Under the pieces are notes generated by a model. The model was not told the DNA's origin. It did no database searches and was given only the letters and a program-made list of their open reading frames with translations. Below, piece after piece: positions 1-10,597 of a stretch of DNA of 64,000 nucleotides (positions within the stretch are counted from its first letter, which is position 1; every line of letters begins with the position of its first letter). The stretch spans positions 62,001-126,000 of the forward strand of contig JADHWK010000001.1 in NCBI GenBank assembly GCA_016783505.1, given 5' to 3'. The position numbers and the translations under genes were made by a program. Origin of the DNA: Candidatus Zhuqueibacterota bacterium (GTDB taxonomy: Bacteria; BS750m-G25).

Positions 1-1044
1 GGCCAGCTTCCGGCAGCAAAGCTCCCTTACTTCGGGGGCGTTCTCCCCGATTCCTCCGGTAAAGACCACCCCATCCAGTCCCCCCATGGCGGCTCCGTAG
101 GCAGCGATATACTTCCTCACCCGGTAACAGAAGACGGCCAGGGCCAATCTTGCCCGACGATGGCCATTTTGGGATTCTTGCAAGATCTCCCTCATGTCGT
201 TCGATACCCCGGAAATACCCAGCAGTCCGGAATGTTTGTTGAGAAGGACGTTGGCATCGCCCAGCGAGAGCTCCTCCCGACCCATGATGTGGAGGAGGGC
301 CGCCGGGTCCACATCCCCGCACCGGGTGCCCATCAGCAGCCCTTCCACCGGGGTAAATCCCATTGAGGTGTCTATGGATACTCCCCCGTCCACCGCCGCC
401 ATACTGCACCCGTTTCCCAGATGGCAGGTGACCAGTTTGAGCTCCTTTATATCCCGACCCAGCATCCCCGCCGCCCGCCGGGAGATATAATAGTGGGAGG
501 TGCCGTGAAAACCATATCGCCGGATGCCGTATTTTTTATAGAGTGAATAGGGAATACCGTATAGGTAAGCGAAGTCTGGCATTTGGGAGTGGAAGGCAGT
601 GTCGAATACCGCCACCTGGGGGGCTTGGGGAAGGAGGCGTCCGCAGGCCTTGATCCCCTTAATGTTATGGGGATTGTGGAGAGGGGCCAGCTCGATGCAC
701 TCCTCCAGTTGATCCATGACCTCGGGGTTGATGAGAACCGATGTCCTGAACTTCTCCCCCCCATGTACCACCCGGTGCCCCACTGCGGCGATCTCCCCAC
801 TGTCAGTGATCACCCCATGATTAGCGGACAGAAGAATAGAGAGAACGCATTCAATGGCCGCTTGATGATCGGGAATGGCCGCCGCAAGTTTTACCTTATC
901 CCCGTCGTAACGCCGATGGGAAAGCACCGCCCCTTTCATCCCGATCCGTTCCATCAATCCCCTGGCTAAGGCCTTCCGCCCGGTCATTTCAATGAGCTGA
1001 TACTTGACCGAGGAACTACCGCAGTTTAAGACTAAAATCTTCAT
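1..1044 (-). CDS. ackA: Acetate kinase; 3' end runs off the window; absent from the ORF track
   Basis: Manual translation from ATG at 1044 gives MKILVLNCGSSSVKYQLIEM, with later GHRVVHGG, APLHNP, FDTAFH, RYGFHGTSH and GLDGVVFTGGIGEN motifs. Confidence 0.95.
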   Translation of the reverse strand, partial: MKILVLNCGSSSVKYQLIEMTGRKALARGLMERIGMKGAVLSHRRYDGDKVKLAAAIPDHQAAIECVLSILLSANHGVITDSGEIAAVGHRVVHGGEKFRTSVLINPEVMDQLEECIELAPLHNPHNIKGIKACGRLLPQAPQVAVFDTAFHSQMPDFAYLYGIPYSLYKKYGIRRYGFHGTSHYYISRRAAGMLGRDIKELKLVTCHLGNGCSMAAVDGGVSIDTSMGFTPVEGLLMGTRCGDVDPAALLHIMGREELSLGDANVLLNKHSGLLGISGVSNDMREILQESQNGHRRARLALAVFCYRVRKYIAAYGAAMGGLDGVVFTGGIGENAPEVRELCCRKLA

Positions 1045-1068
1045 GTTCAATACCACAAGGCAATTCTT

Positions 1069-1494
1069 TCAACAAAGTTCCTCTTCTTTGAAGAAGAAGG
1101 CCACCTCTCGAACGCCATTCTCGGGACTGTCCGACCCGTGGACGGCGTTCCGCTCGATGTTTTCAGCATAGAGTTTGCGAAGGGTGCCCGGGTCGGCCTG
1201 GGCCGGGTCGGTAGCCCCGATGACCCGCCTCAGACGGGACACGGCGTCCTCCCCTTCCAGGGCCATGAGCACCACCCTCCCGGAGGTGACATAGTTAAGA
1301 AGACCCTCATAAAAGGGTTTGCCCCGGTGGACAGCGTAGAAATCGGCCGCTTGGTCCCGGGAGAGCCTCACCATCCTCATGCCCCGGATGATGAACCCCT
1401 CCTGTTCAATACGCCTGATGATGTCCCCGATGTGACCCTTGCCCACCCCATCAGGTTTAATAATTAACAAAGTCCTTTCGAACATATTCTCCAT
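1069..1494 (-). CDS. ndk: Nucleoside diphosphate kinase
   Basis: ERTLLIIKPDG and NAVHGSDS catalytic His motif. Confidence 0.97.
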   Translation of the reverse strand: MENMFERTLLIIKPDGVGKGHIGDIIRRIEQEGFIIRGMRMVRLSRDQAADFYAVHRGKPFYEGLLNYVTSGRVVLMALEGEDAVSRLRRVIGATDPAQADPGTLRKLYAENIERNAVHGSDSPENGVREVAFFFKEEELC

Positions 1495-1503
1495 TTTGAA
1501 AAC

Positions 1504-4464
1504 TTAGCCCTTCGGCAAAATGTCTTCCACTAATTTGTCAATAATTCGACTTACCTGCTCGGTGCACTGACTAAAGGCCGCCAGTAGTTTCTCTTCCGGG
1601 GGCTGGCCATCAGAATCGGAAAAGCCCAGCACTCGGGCCGCCCTTCCCAAGGATTGGGGATACAGGGTATCGTCGGCCGCCGAGGAAAGTCGGTAGACAT
1701 CCCGCAGGTTTTTAAGAAAATCGAAGGCTTCGGAAAGCTCCTGAAATTCCCGGGTGTGATCTTTATCTATCTTCCCCAACGTTTCGAAGAGCCGGTTGCT
1801 GATAGGCTCCCTCAACCGATACCGGGCCTTATACATCAACAGCACCATCTCGATGTCCCGAAGCCCCCCCCGGGACTCCTTCACATTCAGCTCCGTCCCT
1901 TCACAATGCCGGGACTCGATCTCGCCCTTCATCTCACAAACATAAGACTCCCATTTTTCAAAGATGTGGGGCTTGATGATCCTCTCCTCAAATTCCCTTT
2001 CAAAAGCGGAGCTCCCCACTACCATTCGGGAACCCAAGATCTGGGATTTATCAATAAAGGAATCGGAGTCCACATGCTCCGAAAAATAGCTATCCAGCTC
2101 ACAGAGCCGGGTCACATAATTACCAAAGTGCTGGACGAATCGGTAATGGGGAAGAATCCCCCGTTTGATAATCTCGGTGTTCATCTTGGTGACGATCTTA
2201 GTTGTGTATTTCAGAATGTCCGGATCATCCGAATTCAGGATAAAGACGATGTCGTAATCGTCGTCATAGGCCTGCTCCCGGGCATGCCCCCCGGCCACGT
2301 AAATTGCCAGTAGATCATCGGTGGTTACCCCACTGGGCTGACCCAGATCAACCTCCTGTTTGCAGATATCAAACAGGGTTTGAAGGTAATTATCCGAGAA
2401 CTCAGTGAAAGCGGCGTTCGTCTCCTGAATAGGGGCCCCCTTCAGGGTCTGAAGGCCCACCCGAAGGAAGGCCAGGTCGTAATAATCCCCAACCTCTTCT
2501 TTTTTCCCCGCAAATGAACGAATGTTTTCAATGTTCGCCAGAATGCCATCCGCCAGATGTGCCAGCTTCCAGGGATCATCCAGATGCTTGAGGTATTCTG
2601 GATAACGTTCAATAACCCGCAGGAAGAATCTCTTGAAATATCGGCTGTTAGCATAATGGAGCTCACAGAGATGGACCATCTTGTCCCTCAGTCCCGCCAC
2701 CTCCGGCTCCCATATTTTCCCCCTTAACAACCCGGCAAAGGCCTGTTGCTCTTCTTCCGGGATGGCGGTTAGATAATCGTGGATCAGTTGAGGATACTGG
2801 TTGAACACCCGGGTTAACTTCTGAATCGTATTGGGATGATCGCTCATCGTCCTGAGAAAGATCCCGTTGAGATCCCTGAAGAGGGGGGTGCTGGAAAAAC
2901 GCTTCCGATTTTTATGCAGGATAACCAGAAGGCTCAGAAGGGCATAAAAGCTATAGCTGCCCCACTCGATGTAACGTCGAATAATCCTTTTTCTCTCGGT
3001 CACGCCCAGGGCGTTAAAATCATCCAGAAAACGAACCAGGAGTTGACCGTCCTTCTCCCCGAAAGCCTCCAGCACGTCATCCCAGAATTTGGTCCCCCGG
3101 AAAAATCTCAATTGACCGCCAAAATCAACGGCTAAATTTACCCCCTTTTTTTTTCCAGATTCTTTTAAACGACCCTTATCCAGCATAGGGGCAAAGATAC
3201 TGATGGTCTTAAGATGCTCGGCGGCATCCTGAAAAAGAACACCGATGGTGTCCTTTGCCATGGCAACGTTCTCATAATAATGGATGAGAAGATGATCCCG
3301 AGCCCTGATGACCCCCACGTCTTGGTATCCCATGATTTCAGCAATCCGCTGTAAATCGGGGGCTGTCTGATCATCCCCGAGGAAGATCTCCTCCTCCTGT
3401 GCCACAAAGAGCTGGTATAAATACCGGAAGATTTCCAGAAAAGTTAGCGCTCGATCCAGGTTCTGGTAGACCCAGGTTCGAGCAGGGTTCTTTTGGGTCA
3501 GCGCTTCTAGGATCTCCCAGTTGTTGACCTTCTTTACCCCGAAGATAACCTTGCCCACCGAGATCAACCCCTTTATCAGTCGCAATCCATCGTCCTTGGG
3601 GTTGATGCTATCTTCTTTCATCTTGCGTAAATGGAGGGATCTTACCTCGCCCAGAATGCCCCGCAGATACCCCTCATGGTATTTATTGTTTCCACCGGGT
3701 TGATAGTAATAACGGGAGGTTACCCCCTGCTGGAATTGACCGAAGAGTTCCTCGCTTCCCAGGATCCTGGCGGCTCCCAGCATCTCTGAAATGATGATAA
3801 AATCCTGAATTTCCTTATCCAAAAGGTGATTATATTCAGCGATTGAGGCGGAATACCCAGGGGCTCCCACGTGTTCGGAAAGATAGAAATGAAGGGGACT
3901 GGCCCGTTTGAACATCTCTGAACTGATTTGACCGATGGCCTGGTTCAAGGGTGACCGCTTAGGACCCCCGTCGTCAATAATGCCCACGTCAATGTCGTCC
4001 TGGTCGGCCCGGGTGCCTACCCCACAGATGACAAATTGGGATCGTTCCCCGGCGGGAAGGAACAGATTCAATAAGGCATCCATATAGGCGGTGGTCAATT
4101 TGCGGAATTCCAGCCCCACCCGCTTCATGAATTCCTTATAGACCCCCAATCGGTCGGGGGCCGAAGCTAAGTTCATCACCAGCACGTCCACCGCCCTTAA
4201 GTTCATGTTCAGAACCTGCAGGGCATAGTAACAGCTTAGAAAGGACAGCTTTTCTCCCAAATCCTTTCCCAGGGCCCCAATGGTTTCCATCTCAGCAGAA
4301 GCTTCATGGGCAGGGGTCCACAGGTGCACCCGGTCCGCCTTCCCAGAGGCCTCCAACCGTTCGACCAGCTTGCCCTTATGAGCGGCGATGGTCAGAAGAA
4401 ATTTACGGTTGTGATTACCCAGTTGTTCAACCCGGTCCTTTAATCGGACCAACGGTTCGGGCAT
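1504..4464 (-). CDS. Large GlnE-like protein with two nucleotidyltransferase domains
   Basis: Two Pol-beta-type motifs (GVGTRADQDDIDVGII and GGHAREQAYDDDYDIVFI), each followed by a GlnE/GlnD-like segment (NPKDDGLRLIK and NVKESRGGLRDIE); 986 aa. Confidence 0.7.
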   Translation of the reverse strand: MPEPLVRLKDRVEQLGNHNRKFLLTIAAHKGKLVERLEASGKADRVHLWTPAHEASAEMETIGALGKDLGEKLSFLSCYYALQVLNMNLRAVDVLVMNLASAPDRLGVYKEFMKRVGLEFRKLTTAYMDALLNLFLPAGERSQFVICGVGTRADQDDIDVGIIDDGGPKRSPLNQAIGQISSEMFKRASPLHFYLSEHVGAPGYSASIAEYNHLLDKEIQDFIIISEMLGAARILGSEELFGQFQQGVTSRYYYQPGGNNKYHEGYLRGILGEVRSLHLRKMKEDSINPKDDGLRLIKGLISVGKVIFGVKKVNNWEILEALTQKNPARTWVYQNLDRALTFLEIFRYLYQLFVAQEEEIFLGDDQTAPDLQRIAEIMGYQDVGVIRARDHLLIHYYENVAMAKDTIGVLFQDAAEHLKTISIFAPMLDKGRLKESGKKKGVNLAVDFGGQLRFFRGTKFWDDVLEAFGEKDGQLLVRFLDDFNALGVTERKRIIRRYIEWGSYSFYALLSLLVILHKNRKRFSSTPLFRDLNGIFLRTMSDHPNTIQKLTRVFNQYPQLIHDYLTAIPEEEQQAFAGLLRGKIWEPEVAGLRDKMVHLCELHYANSRYFKRFFLRVIERYPEYLKHLDDPWKLAHLADGILANIENIRSFAGKKEEVGDYYDLAFLRVGLQTLKGAPIQETNAAFTEFSDNYLQTLFDICKQEVDLGQPSGVTTDDLLAIYVAGGHAREQAYDDDYDIVFILNSDDPDILKYTTKIVTKMNTEIIKRGILPHYRFVQHFGNYVTRLCELDSYFSEHVDSDSFIDKSQILGSRMVVGSSAFEREFEERIIKPHIFEKWESYVCEMKGEIESRHCEGTELNVKESRGGLRDIEMVLLMYKARYRLREPISNRLFETLGKIDKDHTREFQELSEAFDFLKNLRDVYRLSSAADDTLYPQSLGRAARVLGFSDSDGQPPEEKLLAAFSQCTEQVSRIIDKLVEDILPKG

Positions 4465-4476
4465 ACCCTCTTCCCC

Positions 4477-5232
4477 TCACAAGGATTTAACAATAGACAA
4501 CAAAGATATTGGCCTGAGATTATCCCCATAACCCAATTCAGAAATATTTGATGCCAGTTCAGTAAGGTTTTTCTTAAACAACCCTTTGTTCCTCAACTGG
4601 GAAGCCTTGGCGGCTGTGTGTTTCCAGAAAACTGGATTTCCGAAATTCCCGTTTAATATAATCATAATGTGCCTTAAATCCACCCCCATGCTGTCCCGGC
4701 GGTCGAGCTCGCCTGAAAACCGGGAAGTAATAAGCTTTTCCACGAACACATCCCAGGGATGGGCGAGGAATAAAAACCAATGGATTTCCCTCCCGTCCCC
4801 CAGTTCAACCCGACCCCGAAGGGGACCTCTCTTTTTAAGGGTGGTATAATGATGATGGAAGAAATTATCCCTAAGGAGGTAGTCTACGTTGAACCAGCCC
4901 CGGTCAAAGGACCAGGCGGTATGGAAGCTGCGGATGCTCCTGCCCACCATTAAGGCTTCATCGTAGTGAACGATCCTCAAATCGGGGGATTTAGGCAGGT
5001 CAATGAAATCATACAGGGATTTTTCATCCCGGAACAGAAGGTCTAAGTCCCACCAAGCGGTGTATTTTAAATACCCCTGCATAAGCAGGGACATGGCCCC
5101 CACCACGATGAAAGATGGGTCATTCTTACTCAGAACTCGGGAAAGCTCTTGCAGGATCAGAAGAAGGTTGGTACGCCGTTTGGTATCAACGTAAAGATAC
5201 CAAGGTCGCTCTGTTTGGCACTCTGCCGTCAT
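4477..5232 (-). CDS. Hypothetical protein, putative nucleotidyltransferase fold
   Basis: FIVVGAMSLL...WDLDLLF resembles the GG/GA...DxD signature; later VEKL and DLRHI helices. Confidence 0.5.
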   Translation of the reverse strand: MTAECQTERPWYLYVDTKRRTNLLLILQELSRVLSKNDPSFIVVGAMSLLMQGYLKYTAWWDLDLLFRDEKSLYDFIDLPKSPDLRIVHYDEALMVGRSIRSFHTAWSFDRGWFNVDYLLRDNFFHHHYTTLKKRGPLRGRVELGDGREIHWFLFLAHPWDVFVEKLITSRFSGELDRRDSMGVDLRHIMIILNGNFGNPVFWKHTAAKASQLRNKGLFKKNLTELASNISELGYGDNLRPISLLSIVKSL

Positions 5233-5266
5233 GGTCTCTGGCCCAAGATAGTGGGTTTTGCCCCCA

Positions 5267-5821
5267 TCAATCCTTTTCCTTCAGGGCTTTCCCTTTTTCC
5301 AACCCCACCCGAAAGGCCTTGAGGTTCAGCTCTTCGGTCCCCTTGGGCACCCGGGACAGGATGGCAGATTCCACCGCCTCCCGGGAGACGACCCCTGAAA
5401 GCTCGGTAATGATACCCAAGGCTACTATATTGGCAACCAACACCTTTCCCACCTGACTCCGGGCGATTTCGGAGATGGGCACCTTATAGTTCCTGAAATT
5501 TCCCCGGGGAAGCTGGGTCACGTATTCTGAATCCACCAGCAGGATGCCCCCATCCTTTAAATCTTTGTAATATTTATCGCAGGATTCCTGGGTCAGGGCT
5601 AACAGGAGATCTATATTGGTAGCCTTGGGGTAGTCAATATCCTCATCGGAGATAATCACCTCTGACCGGCTGGCCCCGCCCCGGGCCTCGGGGCCGTAGG
5701 ACTGGGATTGGGTAGCGTTCTTATCATCATAGATGGCGGCTGCTTCCGCCAGTACCTTACCCACCAGAATAAGCCCCTGTCCCCCGGAACCGCTGAGTCT
5801 CACCTCATATCGGAATCCCAT
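5267..5821 (-). CDS. korC: 2-oxoacid:ferredoxin oxidoreductase gamma subunit (set 1)
   Basis: MGFRYEVRLSGSGGQG, SYGPEARGG; start moved to ATG at 5821. Confidence 0.9.
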   Translation of the reverse strand: MGFRYEVRLSGSGGQGLILVGKVLAEAAAIYDDKNATQSQSYGPEARGGASRSEVIISDEDIDYPKATNIDLLLALTQESCDKYYKDLKDGGILLVDSEYVTQLPRGNFRNYKVPISEIARSQVGKVLVANIVALGIITELSGVVSREAVESAILSRVPKGTEELNLKAFRVGLEKGKALKEKD

Positions 5822-5837
5822 AGCGCACTCCTTTAGT

Positions 5838-6650
5838 TCAACCCATGTTTTGGACCCGTTCAATAAGTTTGTTATATTCCTCCGTATATTCCGGCTTTTC
5901 AATGTCCACCAAAACGCCAGTGACAATCTTCTCCCCCCGCTGCTCCGGGGATATGGTGGAGGCCGCTTTGAGGGAAATGGTATTTCCCTGATACCATTTG
6001 AGCATGTTGCTCGCCGTCCCCATCCGGTTCCACTTTCCATACATGATGGGACATGGAGTCAGCGCTTCGACCACCGAGAATCCCTTCTTACGGATGGCCC
6101 GTTCGATAAACTTATCCAGAAGCAGGGCGTGGTATACTGTCCCCCGAGCCACAAAGGTGGATCCAGCCGCCTGGGCCAGTGCGGAGATATCAAAGGGATG
6201 CTCTATGCTTCCGTAGGGGGCAGTGGAGCCATGCATGCCAAATGGGGTGGTGGGGGAATACTGCCCCCCGGTCATCCCGTAGATGTAATTATTGAAAATG
6301 ATGGCGGTGAGGTCAATATTTCGTCGGGCGGCATGGATGAAGTGGTTGCCCCCGATGGCGGTGGCGTCCCCATCTCCCATGACGACGATCACCGTGAGCT
6401 TGGGGTCAGCCATCTTGACCCCGGTGGCAAAGGTCAGCGCCCGACCGTGGGTGGTATGCAGGGTATTGAAATCGCAGTAACCGGGCGTCCGCGATGAACA
6501 GCCGATCCCCGACACCATGACGATTTCATCCTTAGACAGTCCGATGCGGTCAATCGCCCGCAAGATGGCCTTGAGCACGATCCCGTTCCCGCAACCTTCG
6601 CACCAGATATGGGGAAATTTGTCCTGACGTAGGTATTTGTTATAATCCAT
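5838..6650 (-). CDS. korB: 2-oxoacid:ferredoxin oxidoreductase beta subunit (set 1)
   Basis: WCEGCG, SGIGCS, TPP motif GDGD...NNYIYGMTGGQ. Confidence 0.92.
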   Translation of the reverse strand: MDYNKYLRQDKFPHIWCEGCGNGIVLKAILRAIDRIGLSKDEIVMVSGIGCSSRTPGYCDFNTLHTTHGRALTFATGVKMADPKLTVIVVMGDGDATAIGGNHFIHAARRNIDLTAIIFNNYIYGMTGGQYSPTTPFGMHGSTAPYGSIEHPFDISALAQAAGSTFVARGTVYHALLLDKFIERAIRKKGFSVVEALTPCPIMYGKWNRMGTASNMLKWYQGNTISLKAASTISPEQRGEKIVTGVLVDIEKPEYTEEYNKLIERVQNMG

Positions 6651-6789
6651 CGTTACCACTTAATGAAGTAAACAAGGCTAAAAATGGCTCAGAAAAAAAT
6701 TCATTGAATCCCTGTTAAGTCCTTTTATGCCCTATTAAACCATTTAGCCATCTATGGTTTTTTTAAATCATTTGTCATGAGTTATGGGA

Positions 6790-7929
6790 TTATTTTTTTA
6801 ATAAATCAAGGATCTGCTGGGGGCTGATGGGCTCCCCATCTACCCTAGTTAGGGGTACCACCTTTGTTTTACCTTCAGCGGAACATTTGACCAATTGGGC
6901 CACCTGTCCCAGGTTCATTTCTGGGACGATGATGCGTTTAACCTGATCCGCCAATTTAGTAACCTGTTCCTCCGGAAATGGCCATAGGGTCACCGGCCTC
7001 AATAATCCCACTTTGATCCCTTCCTCCCTGGCCATAATTACCGCTCGTCGGGCTGAACGAGCCGTGGACCCGTAGGCCACCACCCCGATTTCGGCATCCC
7101 CTAGTTCTAGTTCGGCCACTTCAATTATATCGTCCCTATATCGCTCGATCTTCCGGTTGATCCGACGGAGGAGGCTGTTGATCTTGGCCGGATCATTAGT
7201 GGGGAACCCCGTCTCGTCGTGGCACAGGCCAGTCACGTGATAGCGATACCCTTCGCCGAAATTGGCCATGGGTGGAATGTCATCTTCAGTTTGACAGTAG
7301 GGCAGATAGTCTTCAGGTGATACCATGGGCTTTTGTCGGTCAATAATTTCTATTTCCGATGGGTGGGGCAGACGGACTTTTTCGTTCACATGACCCACGA
7401 TCTCGTCCATGAGAAGAATGACCGGCACCCGGTATTGTTCCGCCAGGTTAAAGGCCCGCACTGTTAGCTCGAAGGTTTCCCGGACGGAGTAGGGGGCCAG
7501 GACGATCACCGGGTGATCCCCGTGGGAGCCCCAGCGGGCCTGCATCACATCACCCTGGGAGGGGAGGGTGGGCAATCCTGTAGAAGGCCCCCCCCGCATG
7601 ACATTGACGATCACACAGGGAATTTCGGCGATGGCGGCATAACCGATGTTCTCCTGTTTCAGGGAAAAGCCGGGTCCTGAGGTGGCCGTCATCGCTTTAA
7701 CCCCGACCAGACTGGCCCCGATCACCGCCCCCATGGAAGCGATTTCATCCTCCATCTGGATGAACCTCCCCCCTATCCGGGGAAGCCGTTGGGACAGGAT
7801 CTCGGCGATCTCTGAAGACGGGGTTATGGGATAACCGGCGAAGAAACTTAAACCCGCCGCCAGCGCCCCCTCGGCACAGGCCTCGTTGCCCTGCATTACC
7901 CGGACATTTTTTGATTTATTTATTGCCAT
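6790..7929 (-). CDS. korA: 2-oxoacid:ferredoxin oxidoreductase alpha subunit (set 1)
   Basis: YPITP, QMEDEI, ATSGPG, RGGPSTG. Confidence 0.92.
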   Translation of the reverse strand: MAINKSKNVRVMQGNEACAEGALAAGLSFFAGYPITPSSEIAEILSQRLPRIGGRFIQMEDEIASMGAVIGASLVGVKAMTATSGPGFSLKQENIGYAAIAEIPCVIVNVMRGGPSTGLPTLPSQGDVMQARWGSHGDHPVIVLAPYSVRETFELTVRAFNLAEQYRVPVILLMDEIVGHVNEKVRLPHPSEIEIIDRQKPMVSPEDYLPYCQTEDDIPPMANFGEGYRYHVTGLCHDETGFPTNDPAKINSLLRRINRKIERYRDDIIEVAELELGDAEIGVVAYGSTARSARRAVIMAREEGIKVGLLRPVTLWPFPEEQVTKLADQVKRIIVPEMNLGQVAQLVKCSAEGKTKVVPLTRVDGEPISPQQILDLLKK

Positions 7930-7987
7930 AAGCAATGATGAGTTCTAAACCCGATCAAGGTTGGTCTTCTGGCCAAATAGAGAACCC

Positions 7988-10243
7988 CTATTTCCCCTCC
8001 CGATACCGGGCATCCACAACTGCGATGGCGGTCATATTGACGATGTCGTTCACTTCGCAGCCTCGCTGAAGCACGTGCACCGATTTTCTCATTCCCATCA
8101 AGATGGGGCCGATGGCCTCGGCTCCACCAAGGCGGTTCATAAGCTTGTAGGCGATGTTCCCCGATTGCAGGTCGGGGAAGATAAGCACGTTGGCCCTCCC
8201 TTTCAGGGCTGAGAAGGGGTAGGTGGACTCGATAATTTCGGGCGTCACCGCGGTATCCGCCTGCATCTCACCGTCTATCATCAGGTTAGGGACCTTTTCC
8301 TTTACGATTTCTACCGCCCGGCGGACCTTCTCGGTCAATGGATGACGGGTGCTCCCGAAGTTAGAAAAGGAAAGCATGGCCACCCGGGGTTCCACATCGA
8401 AACGGCGGGCGGTTTCGGCGCTGCATATAGCAATCTCGGCCAGTTGTTCCGCCGTAGGCTCAATGTTGACCGTGGTATCGGCAAAAAAGATGATTTCTTT
8501 TTTAAAGATCATCATGTAAACACCGGACACCCTGTGAATACCTTCCCGCATTTTGATGATCTGCAGGGCCGGTCGGATGGTGTCCGGGTAGTGATGGATC
8601 AAGCCGCTGATCAGCCCATCAGCATCCCCCTTGTTCACCATCATGGCCCCGAAATAGTTTGGCACCGCCATAAGGTCGCGGGCCTCACTTCGGGTAATCC
8701 CCCGACGCCTCCTGATCTGATAAAACTCTTCTACATAATCGGAAAATTCTTCAGAGGCGGGGGGGTCGATGATCTTAACCCCCTTTAAATCCAGGTGTAG
8801 ATCGGCTATTTTTTTCCGAATGTCCCCATGGTTGCCCAGCAGGATGGGTTGGGCGATTCCCTCATCAATGATGATCTGACAGGCCCTTAGAATCTTTTCC
8901 CGGTTACCCTCGGGGAAGACAACCCGCCTGGGGGCAGCCTGGGCCTTATGGATCACCGACCGCATCACCATTCGGGAAGGACCCAGCCTGGCTTCTAGTT
9001 GCTCCCGGTATTGGTCAAGCTCAATCTGGATTCGGGCCACCCCGTCCTCCATGGCTGCCTTGGCCACCGCGGTGGCCTCCCACAGAAGCACCCGGGGATC
9101 GAAGGGTTTGGGGATAATGTACTCCGGGCCAAACCCGATCCTCTCGTCCCCATAGGCCTTGAGCACCGAATCGGGGACATCCTGCTTGGCCAGGTCGGCC
9201 AGGGCATGGGCGGCGGCGATCTTCATGTTCTCGGTAATCGCTGTGGCCCGCACATCCAAAGCCCCCCGGAAGATGAACGGAAACCCCAAAACGTTGTTTA
9301 CCTGGTTGGGATAATCGCTGCGACCGGTAGCCATAATTACATCGGGACGGGCGGCCCTGGCATCGGTATAGGTGATCTCCGGATCGGGGTTGGCCATGGC
9401 GAAAACGATGGGATCCTTGTTCATGGACTTGACCATATCTGGGGTAACCGCATCCTTCACCGATACCCCCACGAAGACATCAGCCCCCACCATGACCTCC
9501 TTCAGTGTTCTCAGATCGGTATCAGCAACAAACCGCTCCTTATAGGGGTTCATTCCTTCCTCCCTACCCTTGTAGATCACCCCCTTTGAATCACACATAA
9601 TAATATTTTCCCGCTTGACGCCAAAGGCCAGGTAAAGGGAGGCACAGGCGATGCCCGCCGCTCCGGCCCCGTTAAAGACCACCCTGACTTCCCCGATGGG
9701 CTTGTCGGTCAACTCTAGGGCATTGAGGAGAGCGGCTCCTGAGATGATGGCGGTACCGTGCTGATCATCGTGGAAGACCGGGATGTTCATGGTCTCCTTC
9801 AACTTCTCCTCGATGTAGAAGCACTCCGGGGCTTTAATGTCCTCTAGGTTAATCCCCCCGAAGGTGGGCTCCAGGAGCTGAACCACCCGGATCAATTTAT
9901 CGGGATCCTCGGTGTCCACCTCCAGGTCGAAAACGTCCACGTCGGCGAACCGTTTGAATAGAACCCCCTTGCCCTCCATTACGGGCTTCCCCGCCTGGGC
10001 GCCAATGCGGCCCAACCCCAGCACTGCTGTCCCGTTAGTGATTACAGCCACCAGATTACCCTTAGCAGTGTACTGGTAGACTTCATCGGGGCTTCTTTTT
10101 ATCTCCAGGCAGGGTTCGGCCACTCCGGGGGTATAAGCTAACGAGAGGTCCCGTTGAGTAACGCAGGGTTTAGTGGCGATCACCTCAATTTTCCCCCTCC
10201 GACCCTGTCTGTGGTAATCAAGAGCATCCTGCTTTCTGATCAT
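7988..10243 (-). CDS. maeB: NADP-dependent malic enzyme with C-terminal phosphotransacetylase-like domain
   Basis: [33 protein letters not shown], then PTA domain (VVFPEG, DGEMQAD, GPIL). Confidence 0.95.
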   Translation of the reverse strand: MIRKQDALDYHRQGRRGKIEVIATKPCVTQRDLSLAYTPGVAEPCLEIKRSPDEVYQYTAKGNLVAVITNGTAVLGLGRIGAQAGKPVMEGKGVLFKRFADVDVFDLEVDTEDPDKLIRVVQLLEPTFGGINLEDIKAPECFYIEEKLKETMNIPVFHDDQHGTAIISGAALLNALELTDKPIGEVRVVFNGAGAAGIACASLYLAFGVKRENIIMCDSKGVIYKGREEGMNPYKERFVADTDLRTLKEVMVGADVFVGVSVKDAVTPDMVKSMNKDPIVFAMANPDPEITYTDARAARPDVIMATGRSDYPNQVNNVLGFPFIFRGALDVRATAITENMKIAAAHALADLAKQDVPDSVLKAYGDERIGFGPEYIIPKPFDPRVLLWEATAVAKAAMEDGVARIQIELDQYREQLEARLGPSRMVMRSVIHKAQAAPRRVVFPEGNREKILRACQIIIDEGIAQPILLGNHGDIRKKIADLHLDLKGVKIIDPPASEEFSDYVEEFYQIRRRRGITRSEARDLMAVPNYFGAMMVNKGDADGLISGLIHHYPDTIRPALQIIKMREGIHRVSGVYMMIFKKEIIFFADTTVNIEPTAEQLAEIAICSAETARRFDVEPRVAMLSFSNFGSTRHPLTEKVRRAVEIVKEKVPNLMIDGEMQADTAVTPEIIESTYPFSALKGRANVLIFPDLQSGNIAYKLMNRLGGAEAIGPILMGMRKSVHVLQRGCEVNDIVNMTAIAVVDARYREGK

Positions 10244-10279
10244 GTTATTCCCCCTGTCCTAAGATTTCACTTTCACCTT

Positions 10280-10489
10280 TTAGGCGTTTACCACTTCTAC
10301 CATAATGGCAAAATCCGGGCAGCGCACCTCGCATAGCATGCACAGGTTGCAGGCTTCAAGGTCCATCACTTCGGGATAGCCGTCCTTCATGGCCAGCACA
10401 TTTTTGGGACAGAAATCAACGCAGATGCTGCATCCCTGACACCAGGATTTATTTATTTCAATAACTGGATGACCCTTTTTCTTATTCAT
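10280..10489 (-). CDS. korD: 2x[4Fe-4S] ferredoxin, oxidoreductase delta subunit (set 1)
   Basis: CQGCSICVDFCP and CNLCMLCEVRCPDFAI; ATG at 10489. Confidence 0.85.
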   Translation of the reverse strand: MNKKKGHPVIEINKSWCQGCSICVDFCPKNVLAMKDGYPEVMDLEACNLCMLCEVRCPDFAIMVEVVNA

Positions 10490-10597
10490 GGCTTGCAGTT
10501 GAAAAAAAGGAGCATCAGCGCCCCTCTTCACGGAAGAATTATGTAGCCGTTTCACATCATAACTAAAAGATTACAAATCTTAATTGGTTCAGGATTT

